In this document: piece by piece, positions 1 through 9,146 of the stretch
How positions within the stretch are numbered: position 1 is the first letter of the stretch
Layout: each line of letters starts with the position of its first letter
Sequence record: NC_004629.1
Reading direction: 5' to 3' (one strand)
DNA: 64,000 nucleotides
Translations under genes and position numbers: made by a program
Notes under the pieces: model-generated
The model's database searches: none
Told to the model about the DNA's origin: nothing
The model's input: the letters and a program-made list of their open reading frames with translations, nothing else

Positions 1-163
1 ACAGCTATATAGTCCAATATCGTTCTACCATGCTATTTAAGAGCTTTAAATAATAACCCACTATGTACCCTTAGGTTTTATTTTATCAACAATATAGCTT
101 AAAATAGAAATATACCTAAGTGCTTTTTACTATACTACTATTATTTATCGGAGTTAATTAAGA

Positions 164-553
164 ATGTCTTTTTATCTACCGAAATACACCGATCCAATTG
201 AAGCAATCGAATGGAAAAAGAACGGTGATATACCTGGTGATGGCGTTATCAATAATATCAACCAAGGTGCTATTGTTGGTTATGCTATACCTACTAAAGA
301 GTCTACTCTTAGTAATGCGATTTGCCCATTATGTAATCTAACTGAATCTAGTCATGGTATTTTACGTGTAGGCCCAGATAAAGATAAAATTGTCTGTCCG
401 GGTGATTTTATTATTTTAATTCGTAAAAATAATGGGCGTATACTAGATTACAAATTAATGCGTCAACGTGAATTTAATAAACTTTATCAACTGGTAACAA
501 AAGAGGAAGCTAAACAATGGGTAATGATGTTGGATCCAGAAAAGAAGGACTAA
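164..553 (+). CDS. hypothetical phage protein (phiKZ gp1-like)
   Basis: 129-aa ORF with GGAG SD upstream; coupled to the next ORF. Confidence 0.75.
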   Translation: MSFYLPKYTDPIEAIEWKKNGDIPGDGVINNINQGAIVGYAIPTKESTLSNAICPLCNLTESSHGILRVGPDKDKIVCPGDFIILIRKNNGRILDYKLMRQREFNKLYQLVTKEEAKQWVMMLDPEKKD

Positions 554-1101
554 AGTTATATGAAGCTTTAGTTGAGGATATAATCATCACCAATGATCTT
601 GGTACTGGTCTTCGACCATCTCTTAATATAACCACTAATGATGGTGTAACTAGGAATGTTACATTTGATCAACTTGAGAATTTTATTAAAGTTATAAAAG
701 CCACGCATGATACGCAAACTGTTGGCACTCCATTACAATGGTGTATTTACAGGTATGCTCCTAATTTAGTTAAAGCTCGGTATATTGCAACTAGTTGGAA
801 AATAACTGTAGACCATGTTAAAAAGACTTTGAATTTTCAAGGTACTTTAAACCACGAAGGTACTGTAGTTGATCATCCTAACTATGATCCAGATATTACC
901 GCAAGAGAACTAATGTTCGATGAAACTATTACTGATTTTAGTCGATTTGAACAAATTGCTCTGTCTGGAAATATCGCTAACTTTAAAGAAGAATTCAAAA
1001 TGATGAAATATAGTTTTGACTTTAGTTACATTATTGAAGTTAGTAATGGCATGACTAGACTCAAGGAGTTAGCTAATGATCAAACTGGATTATCAGATTA
1101 A
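517..1101 (+). CDS. hypothetical protein; by position gp2, possibly the nuclear-shell-associated protein ChmB
   Basis: 194-aa ORF with GAGGA SD. The ChmB call rests only on gene order and my recollection that ChmB is gp2 in related phages. Confidence 0.45.
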   Translation: MGNDVGSRKEGLKLYEALVEDIIITNDLGTGLRPSLNITTNDGVTRNVTFDQLENFIKVIKATHDTQTVGTPLQWCIYRYAPNLVKARYIATSWKITVDHVKKTLNFQGTLNHEGTVVDHPNYDPDITARELMFDETITDFSRFEQIALSGNIANFKEEFKMMKYSFDFSYIIEVSNGMTRLKELANDQTGLSD

Positions 1102-1582
1102 ATCAGAAGTCAATCATCTATTAAATAGATTATTAGTTAAAAACTTAGATGGCACTGTTTATTTTAGAACAACTATTAAAGAAGACGATTTAAAAGACTT
1201 ACCTGTTAATCTGATTAGTCTACAAGTACTTATAAATCTATTGATAGGTTATGAAGGACTAGATATTACAACTAGTATTGAGGAATTCACACAACAGATT
1301 AGTCTGATTCTTTGGGACATGCCTATACTAGAAAAAGGCGAAGTGGAATACCTCTATATTGAACAAGATATTAAGTTGAATGAATTAGTTATTAAACATA
1401 AAAGACCTGGTGTATTGATTGATGAGAAAGTATATGGTGAATTAACGCTATTACAAATGGCTCAAATTAATTACCTATTAGCGTCTACATTTAAGTTTAA
1501 AACTAATTTCACTTGCTGTAGTTGGGCTATTGAATTTAAAGATAATGAAGTATCTTGTAAATTCTGGCCTAAGGAAAATTAA
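1076..1582 (+). CDS. hypothetical protein (gp3-like)
   Basis: 168-aa ORF with GGAG SD; stop overlaps the DHFR start. Confidence 0.75.
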   Translation: MIKLDYQIKSEVNHLLNRLLVKNLDGTVYFRTTIKEDDLKDLPVNLISLQVLINLLIGYEGLDITTSIEEFTQQISLILWDMPILEKGEVEYLYIEQDIKLNELVIKHKRPGVLIDEKVYGELTLLQMAQINYLLASTFKFKTNFTCCSWAIEFKDNEVSCKFWPKEN

Positions 1583-2103
1583 TGGCTATTAAATTAATCG
1601 TTGCCCATGACCTAAATGGTGTCATTGGATATAATAATCTATTACCTTGGCATATACCTGAGGATTTAGCTTTCTTTAAAGAAATGACAACTGGTTGCTG
1701 TGTTATCATGGGTAAAAATACTTTCTTATCCTTAGGTAGTAAACCGTTACCTAATCGTAATAACATTGTTGTATCATCAAGTTTATATCGTAACGGTAAT
1801 TATCCAGTAGCCTATGATAATAAATTAGGTGTACTCCCTAATCTAAGTGCAGCTATTGTTTATGCCACTCATTTCAATAAAGAAACTGGAAAGGATGTAT
1901 GGATCATTGGCGGTTCTCAACTTTATAAAGAAGTCATTGAAAAGGATATTTTAGACGAAATGTACATTACTACTGTCAAGATGGAAATAGATAATAGTAG
2001 TTGTGTTTATTTCCCTAAAGAAATCATTAAATGGGATAAATGGAAATCAACCATTATTAAAGAAACTGACCTATGTACATATACCCATTGGATTAAAACA
2101 TAA
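1582..2103 (+). CDS. dfr: dihydrofolate reductase
   Basis: DHFR motifs LIVAHDLNGVIG, LPWHIPEDLAFFK, VIMGKNTF, PLPNRNNIVVS, WIIGGSQLY. Confidence 0.97.
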   Translation: MAIKLIVAHDLNGVIGYNNLLPWHIPEDLAFFKEMTTGCCVIMGKNTFLSLGSKPLPNRNNIVVSSSLYRNGNYPVAYDNKLGVLPNLSAAIVYATHFNKETGKDVWIIGGSQLYKEVIEKDILDEMYITTVKMEIDNSSCVYFPKEIIKWDKWKSTIIKETDLCTYTHWIKT

Positions 2104-2107
2104 TAAT

Positions 2108-2133
2108 AGCCTTCCCCCAGGGGAAGGCTTTAT
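2108..2133 (+). terminator. intrinsic terminator
   Basis: agccttcccc/ggggaaggct stem followed by TTTAT, right after DHFR. Confidence 0.8.
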
Positions 2134-2140
2134 GTCATGT

Positions 2141-2168
2141 ATTCAAACATATTTAAACAGTATATTAC
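2141..2168 (+). promoter_or_regulatory. phiKZ-type early promoter (TATATTAC at 2161-2168)
   Basis: attcaaacatatttaaacagTATATTAC; identical to 4496-4523. Confidence 0.85.
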
Positions 2169-2219
2169 AAAGGTGAATTAAATATAGATTATTCTATTTA
2201 TTATTGAGGAGTGCAGTCC

Positions 2220-2624
2220 ATGAAAAACTCTAAGAAAACAACTTATAATGCAATCGATCTAAGTAAATTAAGTAAAGATATGTTCAGTGGTGGTAGAACC
2301 TGGGCAGCGGTTGAGTTTGCAATAAATTGTGCAAATGAGTTAATGGAGTTAAATAGTAAAGGAAATACTATTTTATTTGATGACGATATTGTCGACAAAG
2401 TTGAATTTGAACTTAAGATCTATGATTGGTGTGATGCACCACATGGCTGTTATCTTTATAGATCTTTATGGAAGAATACTCAGGAAATTGTCTTTGGTGA
2501 TAATGTAAATAAAGATGGAAGACTTGTATTGACTAAAGAAGAAGTACGTGAATACTTTTCAAGATTCAAAATTTTCCGTAGTGTCATGTACTTATCCAAC
2601 AGTATTAAAAAGTTAAAAGGGTAA
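2220..2624 (+). CDS. early hypothetical protein
   Basis: GAGGA SD at 2206-2210 favours the ATG at 2220 over the GTG at 2211. Confidence 0.75.
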   Translation: MKNSKKTTYNAIDLSKLSKDMFSGGRTWAAVEFAINCANELMELNSKGNTILFDDDIVDKVEFELKIYDWCDAPHGCYLYRSLWKNTQEIVFGDNVNKDGRLVLTKEEVREYFSRFKIFRSVMYLSNSIKKLKG

Positions 2625-2644
2625 CCCTCCCCTACCGATAATAC

Positions 2645-2708
2645 ATTCAAACCATTTTAAACAGTATATTACTAACTTGATATTTAACCTTCAATTAATG
2701 TAAAAAGG
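2645..2708 (+). promoter_or_regulatory. early promoter plus leader and SD; 64-bp repeat copy 1
   Basis: TATATTAC at 2665-2672; 61/64 identical to 4496-4559. Confidence 0.85.
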
Positions 2709-2718
2709 AATCTATACC

Positions 2719-3234
2719 ATGTTCGAAATTAAATTTTCTAAAAAAGAACAATTCCCTGGCCGTGGTCACTGCATCGAACTTTATGGTGATTATGTCACCG
2801 AGCGTGTATGGCATGCAGTGAAACAAATGGTTGAATGTAACATTACCAATCACGAGTTTTATAAGGCAAAAGAAGGTTTCTGTGTATTCTTCCAAGGTGG
2901 GCATGATAACCCTCATGGGAAATGGATCCTTCTGGAATTCTGGGTAGACGACATCGAGAAGACTCGTGAGTTCGTTCGTCTCTTGACCATCACTATTAAT
3001 CGAGTATTGACGGAGCGTTTTACTCAAATCTGCGTTAACCCTAATCAAATGGGTTATGCAGATGGGGCAGGTGCATATACTGTACTTGGCGAAATCCATA
3101 AAGAAACTGGATGTCGTGTTAATTGGGGTAGTCCGACTACACCCATTACCTTCTATCCAGAAAATAACTTGGAACATCGTAAAGTACTCGACTTGTGTGA
3201 AACCTTCGAACTCCCAGTAACTAAATGGGTATAA
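2719..3234 (+). CDS. early hypothetical protein
   Basis: 171-aa ORF with AAGGA SD after an early promoter. Confidence 0.8.
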   Translation: MFEIKFSKKEQFPGRGHCIELYGDYVTERVWHAVKQMVECNITNHEFYKAKEGFCVFFQGGHDNPHGKWILLEFWVDDIEKTREFVRLLTITINRVLTERFTQICVNPNQMGYADGAGAYTVLGEIHKETGCRVNWGSPTTPITFYPENNLEHRKVLDLCETFELPVTKWV

Positions 3235-3251
3235 TTAGAGGATAAAGTACC

Positions 3252-3488
3252 ATGTACATCGTTATCCACAGAGACGAGTCTGAAAGACATGAATTGACTG
3301 TAGGTGATCCTAAAGATCTTATCGCGATCTTAGTCATTCTGGAGAATAGTGATAAAGTCATTGAATATAAGGTTATCGATTCGGATGTTGGTGTAATCAA
3401 GGACTTTAGATACTCATTTGGTTGGGGTAACGGGTTCTTCACTAAAAATGCAAAAGATAATTTTAACTGGAATCAATCGAGGAAATAA
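3252..3488 (+). CDS. early hypothetical protein
   Basis: 78-aa ORF with GAGGA SD. Confidence 0.75.
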   Translation: MYIVIHRDESERHELTVGDPKDLIAILVILENSDKVIEYKVIDSDVGVIKDFRYSFGWGNGFFTKNAKDNFNWNQSRK

Positions 3489-3490
3489 TA

Positions 3491-3703
3491 ATGGCTAACA
3501 GTAAAATCAGTGGCGAAGCTGTAATGAAATATCTACGTTCTCGAAATGACCACGTGGATTTTATGCGAGATAAACTGTCGGTTTACATTGAAAATGATGA
3601 AGTGGTAGTTAAGATTATAGATACTACTTCAGGTGGTTCTGCAACACACCACTCAGGTTATGATGTAAACAACTTTGAAAGAACGTATGGTCAAACTAAC
3701 TAA
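3491..3703 (+). CDS. early hypothetical protein
   Basis: 70-aa ORF with GAGGA SD; followed by a terminator. Confidence 0.7.
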   Translation: MANSKISGEAVMKYLRSRNDHVDFMRDKLSVYIENDEVVVKIIDTTSGGSATHHSGYDVNNFERTYGQTN

Positions 3704-3734
3704 ATAAATTAGTAACACTTATTGGCGACATACA

Positions 3735-3760
3735 CCCTCCCTTCGGGGAGGGCTTTATTT
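3735..3760 (+). terminator. intrinsic terminator
   Basis: ccctccc-TTCG-gggaggg followed by CTTTATTT. Confidence 0.85.
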
Positions 3761-3804
3761 TCAATATAGACATATTTTTTTAATACATTAGTTGGAGTTT
3801 AAAA

Positions 3805-4137
3805 ATGTTTAATAAAAATTTTATCAATGGTATTCAAATTTTTGTTGCCGCAACTACTGTTGCTACAACTATTGTTAAGTTAGTCGAATCATACAACAAA
3901 TTAAATGAAGAAAAATCGGCTAACGATGTATGTAAGAAAATCCATATGGAAATCCATAAATTAACTAGCCTGTTTATCGAACAAGATATACCTAATGAAG
4001 AACGCTGTGTTAGGTTACGTAAAACTGTTGATACATTAGTTAATAAACACTGCTCTAAATTAACTGGCCGCCGGCGACTCAGGGCTGTTGCAGAAATCAC
4101 TCGACATGTAGATGACTATTGTCGTCTGTGGAAATGA
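3805..4137 (+). CDS. early hypothetical protein with hydrophobic N-terminus
   Basis: 110-aa ORF with GGAG SD; segment IQIFVAATTVATTIV. Confidence 0.75.
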   Translation: MFNKNFINGIQIFVAATTVATTIVKLVESYNKLNEEKSANDVCKKIHMEIHKLTSLFIEQDIPNEERCVRLRKTVDTLVNKHCSKLTGRRRLRAVAEITRHVDDYCRLWK

Positions 4138-4145
4138 AATAATAC

Positions 4146-4173
4146 ATTCAAACCATTTTAACCAGTATATCAC
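4146..4173 (+). promoter_or_regulatory. early promoter variant (TATATCAC)
   Basis: attcaaaccattttaaccagTATATCAC, same family as 2141, 2645 and 4496. Confidence 0.7.
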
Positions 4174-4218
4174 AACAGTGTAATTAAACCTATTAAATCA
4201 GTAAAAAGGAATCAAACT

Positions 4219-4479
4219 ATGACAACTTTCCTGACTTTTAAATCTGACGAAGACTTGGAGAAAGAAGCAATCCGTCGTGCACGTGCTATCATGGGTTTCC
4301 GTGGTGACCGTGATGCAGCTACTCGTCAGGTATGCATCAATCCTGTACGAGGTAAGGATTACCGTAACTGGTTATCCCATAGCGCTACCTGGAAAGATGG
4401 TAACATTGTTGTTGATGAAGATAGTCTCATTGAGCTAGCCCGTGCCATCATTGATGAGACCTACCTGCACGATATGTAA
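4219..4479 (+). CDS. early hypothetical protein
   Basis: 86-aa ORF with AAGGA SD. Confidence 0.8.
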   Translation: MTTFLTFKSDEDLEKEAIRRARAIMGFRGDRDAATRQVCINPVRGKDYRNWLSHSATWKDGNIVVDEDSLIELARAIIDETYLHDM

Positions 4480-4495
4480 TAACTACTACTCCCTT

Positions 4496-4559
4496 ATTCA
4501 AACATATTTAAACAGTATATTACTAACTTGATATTTAACCTTCAATTAATGTAAAAAGG
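4496..4559 (+). promoter_or_regulatory. early promoter plus leader; 64-bp repeat copy 2
   Basis: TATATTAC at 4516-4523; near-identical to 2645-2708. Confidence 0.85.
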
Positions 4560-4569
4560 GACTTTAAAA

Positions 4570-4719
4570 ATGAAAGCATTCGCACTAGTGGTTATTGGTT
4601 TGACTTTTGGTGGACTGTTTGTAAACGCTAAGTTTGAAGAGCAAACTATTTCTAATGAAACTGTTATCCTCGGTCATCGTATCGGTCCCAATGGTCAAGA
4701 AATGCTCGTAACTAAATAG
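4570..4719 (+). CDS. small membrane or exported protein (49 aa, not in the ORF track)
   Basis: MKAFALVVIGLTFGGLFVNAKFEEQ...; first ORF after an early promoter, AAGGG SD. Confidence 0.7.
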   Translation: MKAFALVVIGLTFGGLFVNAKFEEQTISNETVILGHRIGPNGQEMLVTK

Positions 4720-4729
4720 AGAAATAAAA

Positions 4730-5071
4730 ATGGAAAAGTCCGTAGCAGTTAAAGTAATCGACAACATGTGCCGTCCGAATATCGTTGCTCGCATGAATGG
4801 TAAACTGGTCTACCATGCTCGTAATGTAAAAATAGTAGAAGGTAAGGATCTATGGCCGAACCGCACTGACGTAGATGATGTTCGTGTACTGGTCGGTGAA
4901 GCCTTCCGTAACGGTGAATGGGTACCCATGCGCAGTTCTAGCCTGGTTAACGTAGATGCTGTTACCGGTGTATACGAAACCCTCAACTCTGTTTACATTG
5001 CTCCGGATCTTCTGGGAAGTCTCTCGGTGGGTCCTGATATCTTCAATGATGATGCAACTTTGAAAGGATAA
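4730..5071 (+). CDS. early hypothetical protein
   Basis: 113-aa ORF with host-like codon usage. Confidence 0.8.
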   Translation: MEKSVAVKVIDNMCRPNIVARMNGKLVYHARNVKIVEGKDLWPNRTDVDDVRVLVGEAFRNGEWVPMRSSSLVNVDAVTGVYETLNSVYIAPDLLGSLSVGPDIFNDDATLKG

Positions 5072-5076
5072 TCAAT

Positions 5077-5475
5077 ATGAACTTCATCAAAGAAAACGCA
5101 CTTGGTCTTGGTCTTATTGCACTGGCAGTTGGCGCAACAGCCGTTGCTGCCATCCTCGCGGTCAAAGCTACCGTAAAGGAAGACGGTCAGGCTGTAGCCG
5201 AACAGATCGAAAGCAGTATCTCTGATATTCTTATCGATAAGATCTCCACCTACCGTAACAGTGAACAACATCGCAAGCTGGTAAATCATCTTCGTCGAGA
5301 TCACGAGTTGGATGTCGCAGAGTTCATCTCACGGACCCAATTGGACATCGCGCTCAACATTCTTCCAGAGGTAGAAGTACTTCTGGAATCTCATCGTGAT
5401 CAGCTGACCGTGGAAGAGTTCGATCGACTGGTTGCAAATCTCCAACATTTCGTGCAACGGATCATCACTAAGTGA
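5077..5475 (+). CDS. early membrane-anchored hypothetical protein
   Basis: N-terminal TM segment ALGLGLIALAVGATAVAAILAV; AAGGA SD. Confidence 0.8.
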   Translation: MNFIKENALGLGLIALAVGATAVAAILAVKATVKEDGQAVAEQIESSISDILIDKISTYRNSEQHRKLVNHLRRDHELDVAEFISRTQLDIALNILPEVEVLLESHRDQLTVEEFDRLVANLQHFVQRIITK

Positions 5476-5645
5476 AAACCAAAATAGTGGTAGGTTTTCT
5501 TGCAGTTCTAATAGAACTCACTACTGCTGGTAGTGAGTTCTATTATGAACTGACCAAACCCGAAGGTAAGGTTTCGAAGGAATGGTGTCAACAGCCGGCT
5601 AAACCGAAATGTACTATGTTTGTATTTACTATTACTGAGGAATAA
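5472..5645 (+). CDS. small hypothetical protein (57 aa, not in the ORF track)
   Basis: GTG start overlaps the upstream TGA; MKTKIVVGFLAVLIELTTAGSEFY...; fills the gap to the next gene. Confidence 0.55.
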   Translation: MKTKIVVGFLAVLIELTTAGSEFYYELTKPEGKVSKEWCQQPAKPKCTMFVFTITEE

Positions 5646-5648
5646 TAA

Positions 5649-6056
5649 ATGGATAGTCGTCTGTCGAGAGTCTTCCAAAACGTGGACCATGTGTTCACCC
5701 AAGAACAGACCAATGAACTGGTCAACCGTCGTAATGAAGACATGTTGTTGACTGTACAGGTTGATGACATGTTGGCATTGATCCATAACGACCATGTTAA
5801 GTACAGGGACCTAGTAAAGATTATCATCGAAGATACTATCGCCTTCATAAAAGCAGAGCGTCTCTCGCTCATTGGTATAGGTCTTTTCAACAAGATGGTC
5901 TATGTTGATCAAGGCCCGGATGCTGTTGGCTTTTTAGAATATATTAAGGTAGCTGAGTACACATCCACTCACGTGGATGAGTCCAATGCATGGGTAAATA
6001 TGTATCGCAATAAGATAAAGACTTTCATGCTACCAATTCTCTCTCAGCTTCTGTGA
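5649..6056 (+). CDS. early hypothetical protein
   Basis: 135-aa ORF with GAGGA SD. Confidence 0.8.
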   Translation: MDSRLSRVFQNVDHVFTQEQTNELVNRRNEDMLLTVQVDDMLALIHNDHVKYRDLVKIIIEDTIAFIKAERLSLIGIGLFNKMVYVDQGPDAVGFLEYIKVAEYTSTHVDESNAWVNMYRNKIKTFMLPILSQLL

Positions 6057-6205
6057 TATGAATAAACCAGCGCCCGAGGGTACTGTCAAAGAACTGACCC
6101 AGGAATAAAAGATGGGACTCTTCGGAGACTCCATCCCAATGTATCTTGGAAAGGATGCATTGGGATGTACATAATCCAAATTAATCGTAAAAAGGAAAAT
6201 ACACC

Positions 6206-7318
6206 ATGAAACAATATCGTGAACCCGTAACCCGTCTGACCAAAGAAAAACTGGAATGGGTTATCAGCCGTCGTAAAGAAAGAAAGGCCGAACAACCTTT
6301 CGGTCGTGCCCATTTCCCTGCCGGTACTCGTGCTATCTTCGAATCCTGCTCCCTTCGTTACCTGGATGAGAATGAACGTGTGTATCCTGGACAGCGCTAC
6401 GAGACATTCGAAGCTACTGTTCTCGGCGTTGTGGCCAATGGTCATAACAGTTATGTCGCTATTCTGGACATGCCCTGTGATCTTACTGAAAGCCGTAACA
6501 AGGCAATCAACGTCAGTTGGTGCCGTGGTATTGTATCGCGCGGTGAAGGTAATTTCACCTGGTTCAAAGAAGAGTCAACCGAGTATGATCGCAATCATGG
6601 TTGGAACATCCGTGAGAAACATCCGACTGTTCGTTGGGCAGAAGGTCCTCGTCCTACTAAAGTACGTAGCCTTACCTGGGCAGAGGAATTCGATTATAAC
6701 CGCGCAGTAGATCCGGTATACATCGAAATCAACAAACATCACAGTCAGTACTATATCACTGACATGCGTTCGTTTGTGATGTTCACTCTTCGGGAACATC
6801 CTGCTTATGCAAACTCGTTTAAAGATCATCTGCACAAACTGGACAAGCTAGTCATGGCGCTGTACTCCGATCCGACTATCAAAGCAGCTGAAGTAAAGCT
6901 GTCTCGCTACTCTGTTAGCTGGTTGATCAGCAAGAAGAAGTTCCATAAAGTCCTGCAACGCCTGCTTCCGTTCTACAAGACTTCTCGTCGTAAGGCGCAA
7001 GAAGAAGACGATAAAGCAATTAGCGAGATGTATGAGGCTGAACTGGACCGTGACCTCAGTGAACAGTATGGTGAGTCTGATGATACCTCGGATGAATCAA
7101 GCTATTCATGGAATGACAGCACGCCCCTGGATGATGATGATCTGAATGTGTTTGATATGTACGACGACTCGGCATGCTCGCGTGAAATCAGTGATGATGT
7201 TCAACCCAAAACTATTGGTGAACTCCTGCGTGAAGCAATGGAGAACCCTGAAGAAGAGAAATCCAAATTAGTTATTGGAAGTATGGAAACTCTTTCTAAA
7301 GCGGTTATCATCAAATAG
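6206..7318 (+). CDS. early ribosome-associated protein (phiKZ gp14-like, binds 50S/5S rRNA)
   Basis: 370 aa with an acidic disordered C-terminal third; size and position match phiKZ gp14, reported to bind host ribosomes. Confidence 0.65.
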   Translation: MKQYREPVTRLTKEKLEWVISRRKERKAEQPFGRAHFPAGTRAIFESCSLRYLDENERVYPGQRYETFEATVLGVVANGHNSYVAILDMPCDLTESRNKAINVSWCRGIVSRGEGNFTWFKEESTEYDRNHGWNIREKHPTVRWAEGPRPTKVRSLTWAEEFDYNRAVDPVYIEINKHHSQYYITDMRSFVMFTLREHPAYANSFKDHLHKLDKLVMALYSDPTIKAAEVKLSRYSVSWLISKKKFHKVLQRLLPFYKTSRRKAQEEDDKAISEMYEAELDRDLSEQYGESDDTSDESSYSWNDSTPLDDDDLNVFDMYDDSACSREISDDVQPKTIGELLREAMENPEEEKSKLVIGSMETLSKAVIIK

Positions 7319-7333
7319 ATTACACGCAATAAT

Positions 7334-7360
7334 GGGAGTCTTCGGACTCCCTTTTATTTT
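7334..7360 (+). terminator. intrinsic terminator
   Basis: gggagtc-TTCG-gactccc followed by TTTTATTTT. Confidence 0.9.
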
Positions 7361-7423
7361 CTACATCGTATTATTTTTTTTATTTAGCAATATATTCATA
7401 AACTGTAAAAAGGAAGATATCTC

Positions 7424-8425
7424 ATGATCATCAATGCAACCATCACTCGCGCAATGCTGAGTGCTCAAACTACAGAATCATCACTTCTGTTTATTCTGAC
7501 ACACCTACATGGCAGTCCAGATGCTACTTCGTCGGATATGAACGACACCAAGCGCATTCTCGCCTCTAACGATCCTCTAGGTACCCTGTGGCAATGTGGT
7601 TGCCATTTGGTCGTATCGGAAGACGAACGCTGGTTCATTTCTCCATTTGGTGATACTGTACGCCTGGCATACCAGCACAAAGTACGTGGTAGCTGGATTA
7701 CTTTCGGCATAGACCTGTTCGATCCGGAAGAATCCGAATCGGTACTATTGGCTATCCGTAGGCGGCTCCGCACCGGTTTCCCAGCAGATGAACTTGAAGT
7801 TAACTGTGGTATCAAAGGTTACCTCGAAGAAAGTTACGAGGTCAACGGGACCGGTTTGTGGAGCGTAGGTCGAATCATTCTGGCACTGCATCCCACTAGT
7901 ACTTTCCGTTTTGCTACTCTGGAACGTTTGCACGAGATTGCTAAGTTCCATAAGAACTACGCTGACATCGTGGATGATGTCGGGATCAATCATGATCGTG
8001 ATTACCTGAATAAGATCGTCGATGGGAAATGGGTGGTCGAAGAGAAAGATGCTCAAGCTGTATTGAACAGCTACTTCACTTCGATGCTGAAGTTCTTCTT
8101 CAATCGCGGTTTCTACTATCAGGACACTATCGATGGCGGCAGGATCGATGTTCGTAGCAATGAAGGATCGTACTACCTCATTGGTGGTAATACCACTGTA
8201 AATACCATCAATATCACTTACCTCAGTGCTAACAAAATAGAGATTAGTAATGGAGAATGGGAGTTCGCTTGGGACTGCAACAATACTGAATACTTTCCCA
8301 TTGAAAATCCGGTAGATGCTCTGCTTGGTTTCCACAAGCGTGTAGGCCAGGAACATATCTACATGGCTTCTGGTCTGGGTACTAGCCTGGAAGACATCCA
8401 CAAGGTTCAACATACTCTAAAATAA
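7424..8425 (+). CDS. early hypothetical protein
   Basis: 333-aa ORF with AAGGA SD. Confidence 0.8.
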   Translation: MIINATITRAMLSAQTTESSLLFILTHLHGSPDATSSDMNDTKRILASNDPLGTLWQCGCHLVVSEDERWFISPFGDTVRLAYQHKVRGSWITFGIDLFDPEESESVLLAIRRRLRTGFPADELEVNCGIKGYLEESYEVNGTGLWSVGRIILALHPTSTFRFATLERLHEIAKFHKNYADIVDDVGINHDRDYLNKIVDGKWVVEEKDAQAVLNSYFTSMLKFFFNRGFYYQDTIDGGRIDVRSNEGSYYLIGGNTTVNTINITYLSANKIEISNGEWEFAWDCNNTEYFPIENPVDALLGFHKRVGQEHIYMASGLGTSLEDIHKVQHTLK

Positions 8426-8437
8426 GGAAAATTAATT

Positions 8438-8917
8438 ATGTCGTATAGCTTAGGTATTGTCACTCGCAATAAGTCGGCACTGATTGTTACCAGTGATTAC
8501 AAATATGATGAGTTCGTTCTACTAAAACCGACCAATGGTCTCAAGGTAGAAGGCCAGTTGGTGCAATTGGTCTGTATCTGTTTCGGTGACAAGGAAAAAC
8601 GTTCTCTGACTCACGAGATAATGGCCAATGCTGAACAAGCAGATTACACCAAGGACGATATCCTGACTATTATGAAGGAACACGGTGTAGAACTGCGAGT
8701 GATCACTGATAAGGCAGTTCATGTATTTCAATACATTCGCGACGTGGCTATCCATGGTGTGGTTGATTCCAATAACACCACCTTCTGGTTCGGCGACACA
8801 GAACACCGAAAATTGTTTTATCCGTACTGCGGTATTGAGGGTAAATCTTTTCATCATGCCCTCCGTGATAAAGAATTGTGTCGGGTATTTGAGTTTGTCA
8901 CTGTAATCAATTGGTAA
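8438..8917 (+). CDS. early hypothetical protein
   Basis: 159-aa ORF with AAGGA SD. Confidence 0.8.
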   Translation: MSYSLGIVTRNKSALIVTSDYKYDEFVLLKPTNGLKVEGQLVQLVCICFGDKEKRSLTHEIMANAEQADYTKDDILTIMKEHGVELRVITDKAVHVFQYIRDVAIHGVVDSNNTTFWFGDTEHRKLFYPYCGIEGKSFHHALRDKELCRVFEFVTVINW

Positions 8918-8927
8918 CGATATAAAT

Positions 8928-8950
8928 ACCCTCCTTCGGGAGGGTTTTTT
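8928..8950 (+). terminator. intrinsic terminator
   Basis: accctcc-TTCG-ggagggt followed by a T run. Confidence 0.9.
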
Positions 8951-8974
8951 ATTTTGTGATTAGAGGAATAAAAA

Positions 8975-9118
8975 ATGGCAGGTTATCGTATTATTGCTTT
9001 TAATGGTACTCAGTGGGAATCTCCGAGTGGGTACACCATTCAGCAAGCGGTGAATGAGTTCCTAAAGAAATATGATTTACATGAATTAGATATTCGCAGT
9101 ATTACTGCATTACACTAA
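8975..9118 (+). CDS. small hypothetical protein (47 aa, not in the ORF track)
   Basis: GAGGA SD; MAGYRIIAFNGTQWESPSGYTIQQAVNEFLKKYDLHELDIRSITALH. Confidence 0.7.
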   Translation: MAGYRIIAFNGTQWESPSGYTIQQAVNEFLKKYDLHELDIRSITALH

Positions 9119-9146
9119 ATCCAATTTTAAATAGGAATACGTATTA

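Noticed and set aside
2141-4559. Repeated ~28-64-bp sequence as a possible CRISPR array
   Set aside because: The spacing is irregular, whole genes lie between copies, each copy carries the early promoter core, and there are no cas genes
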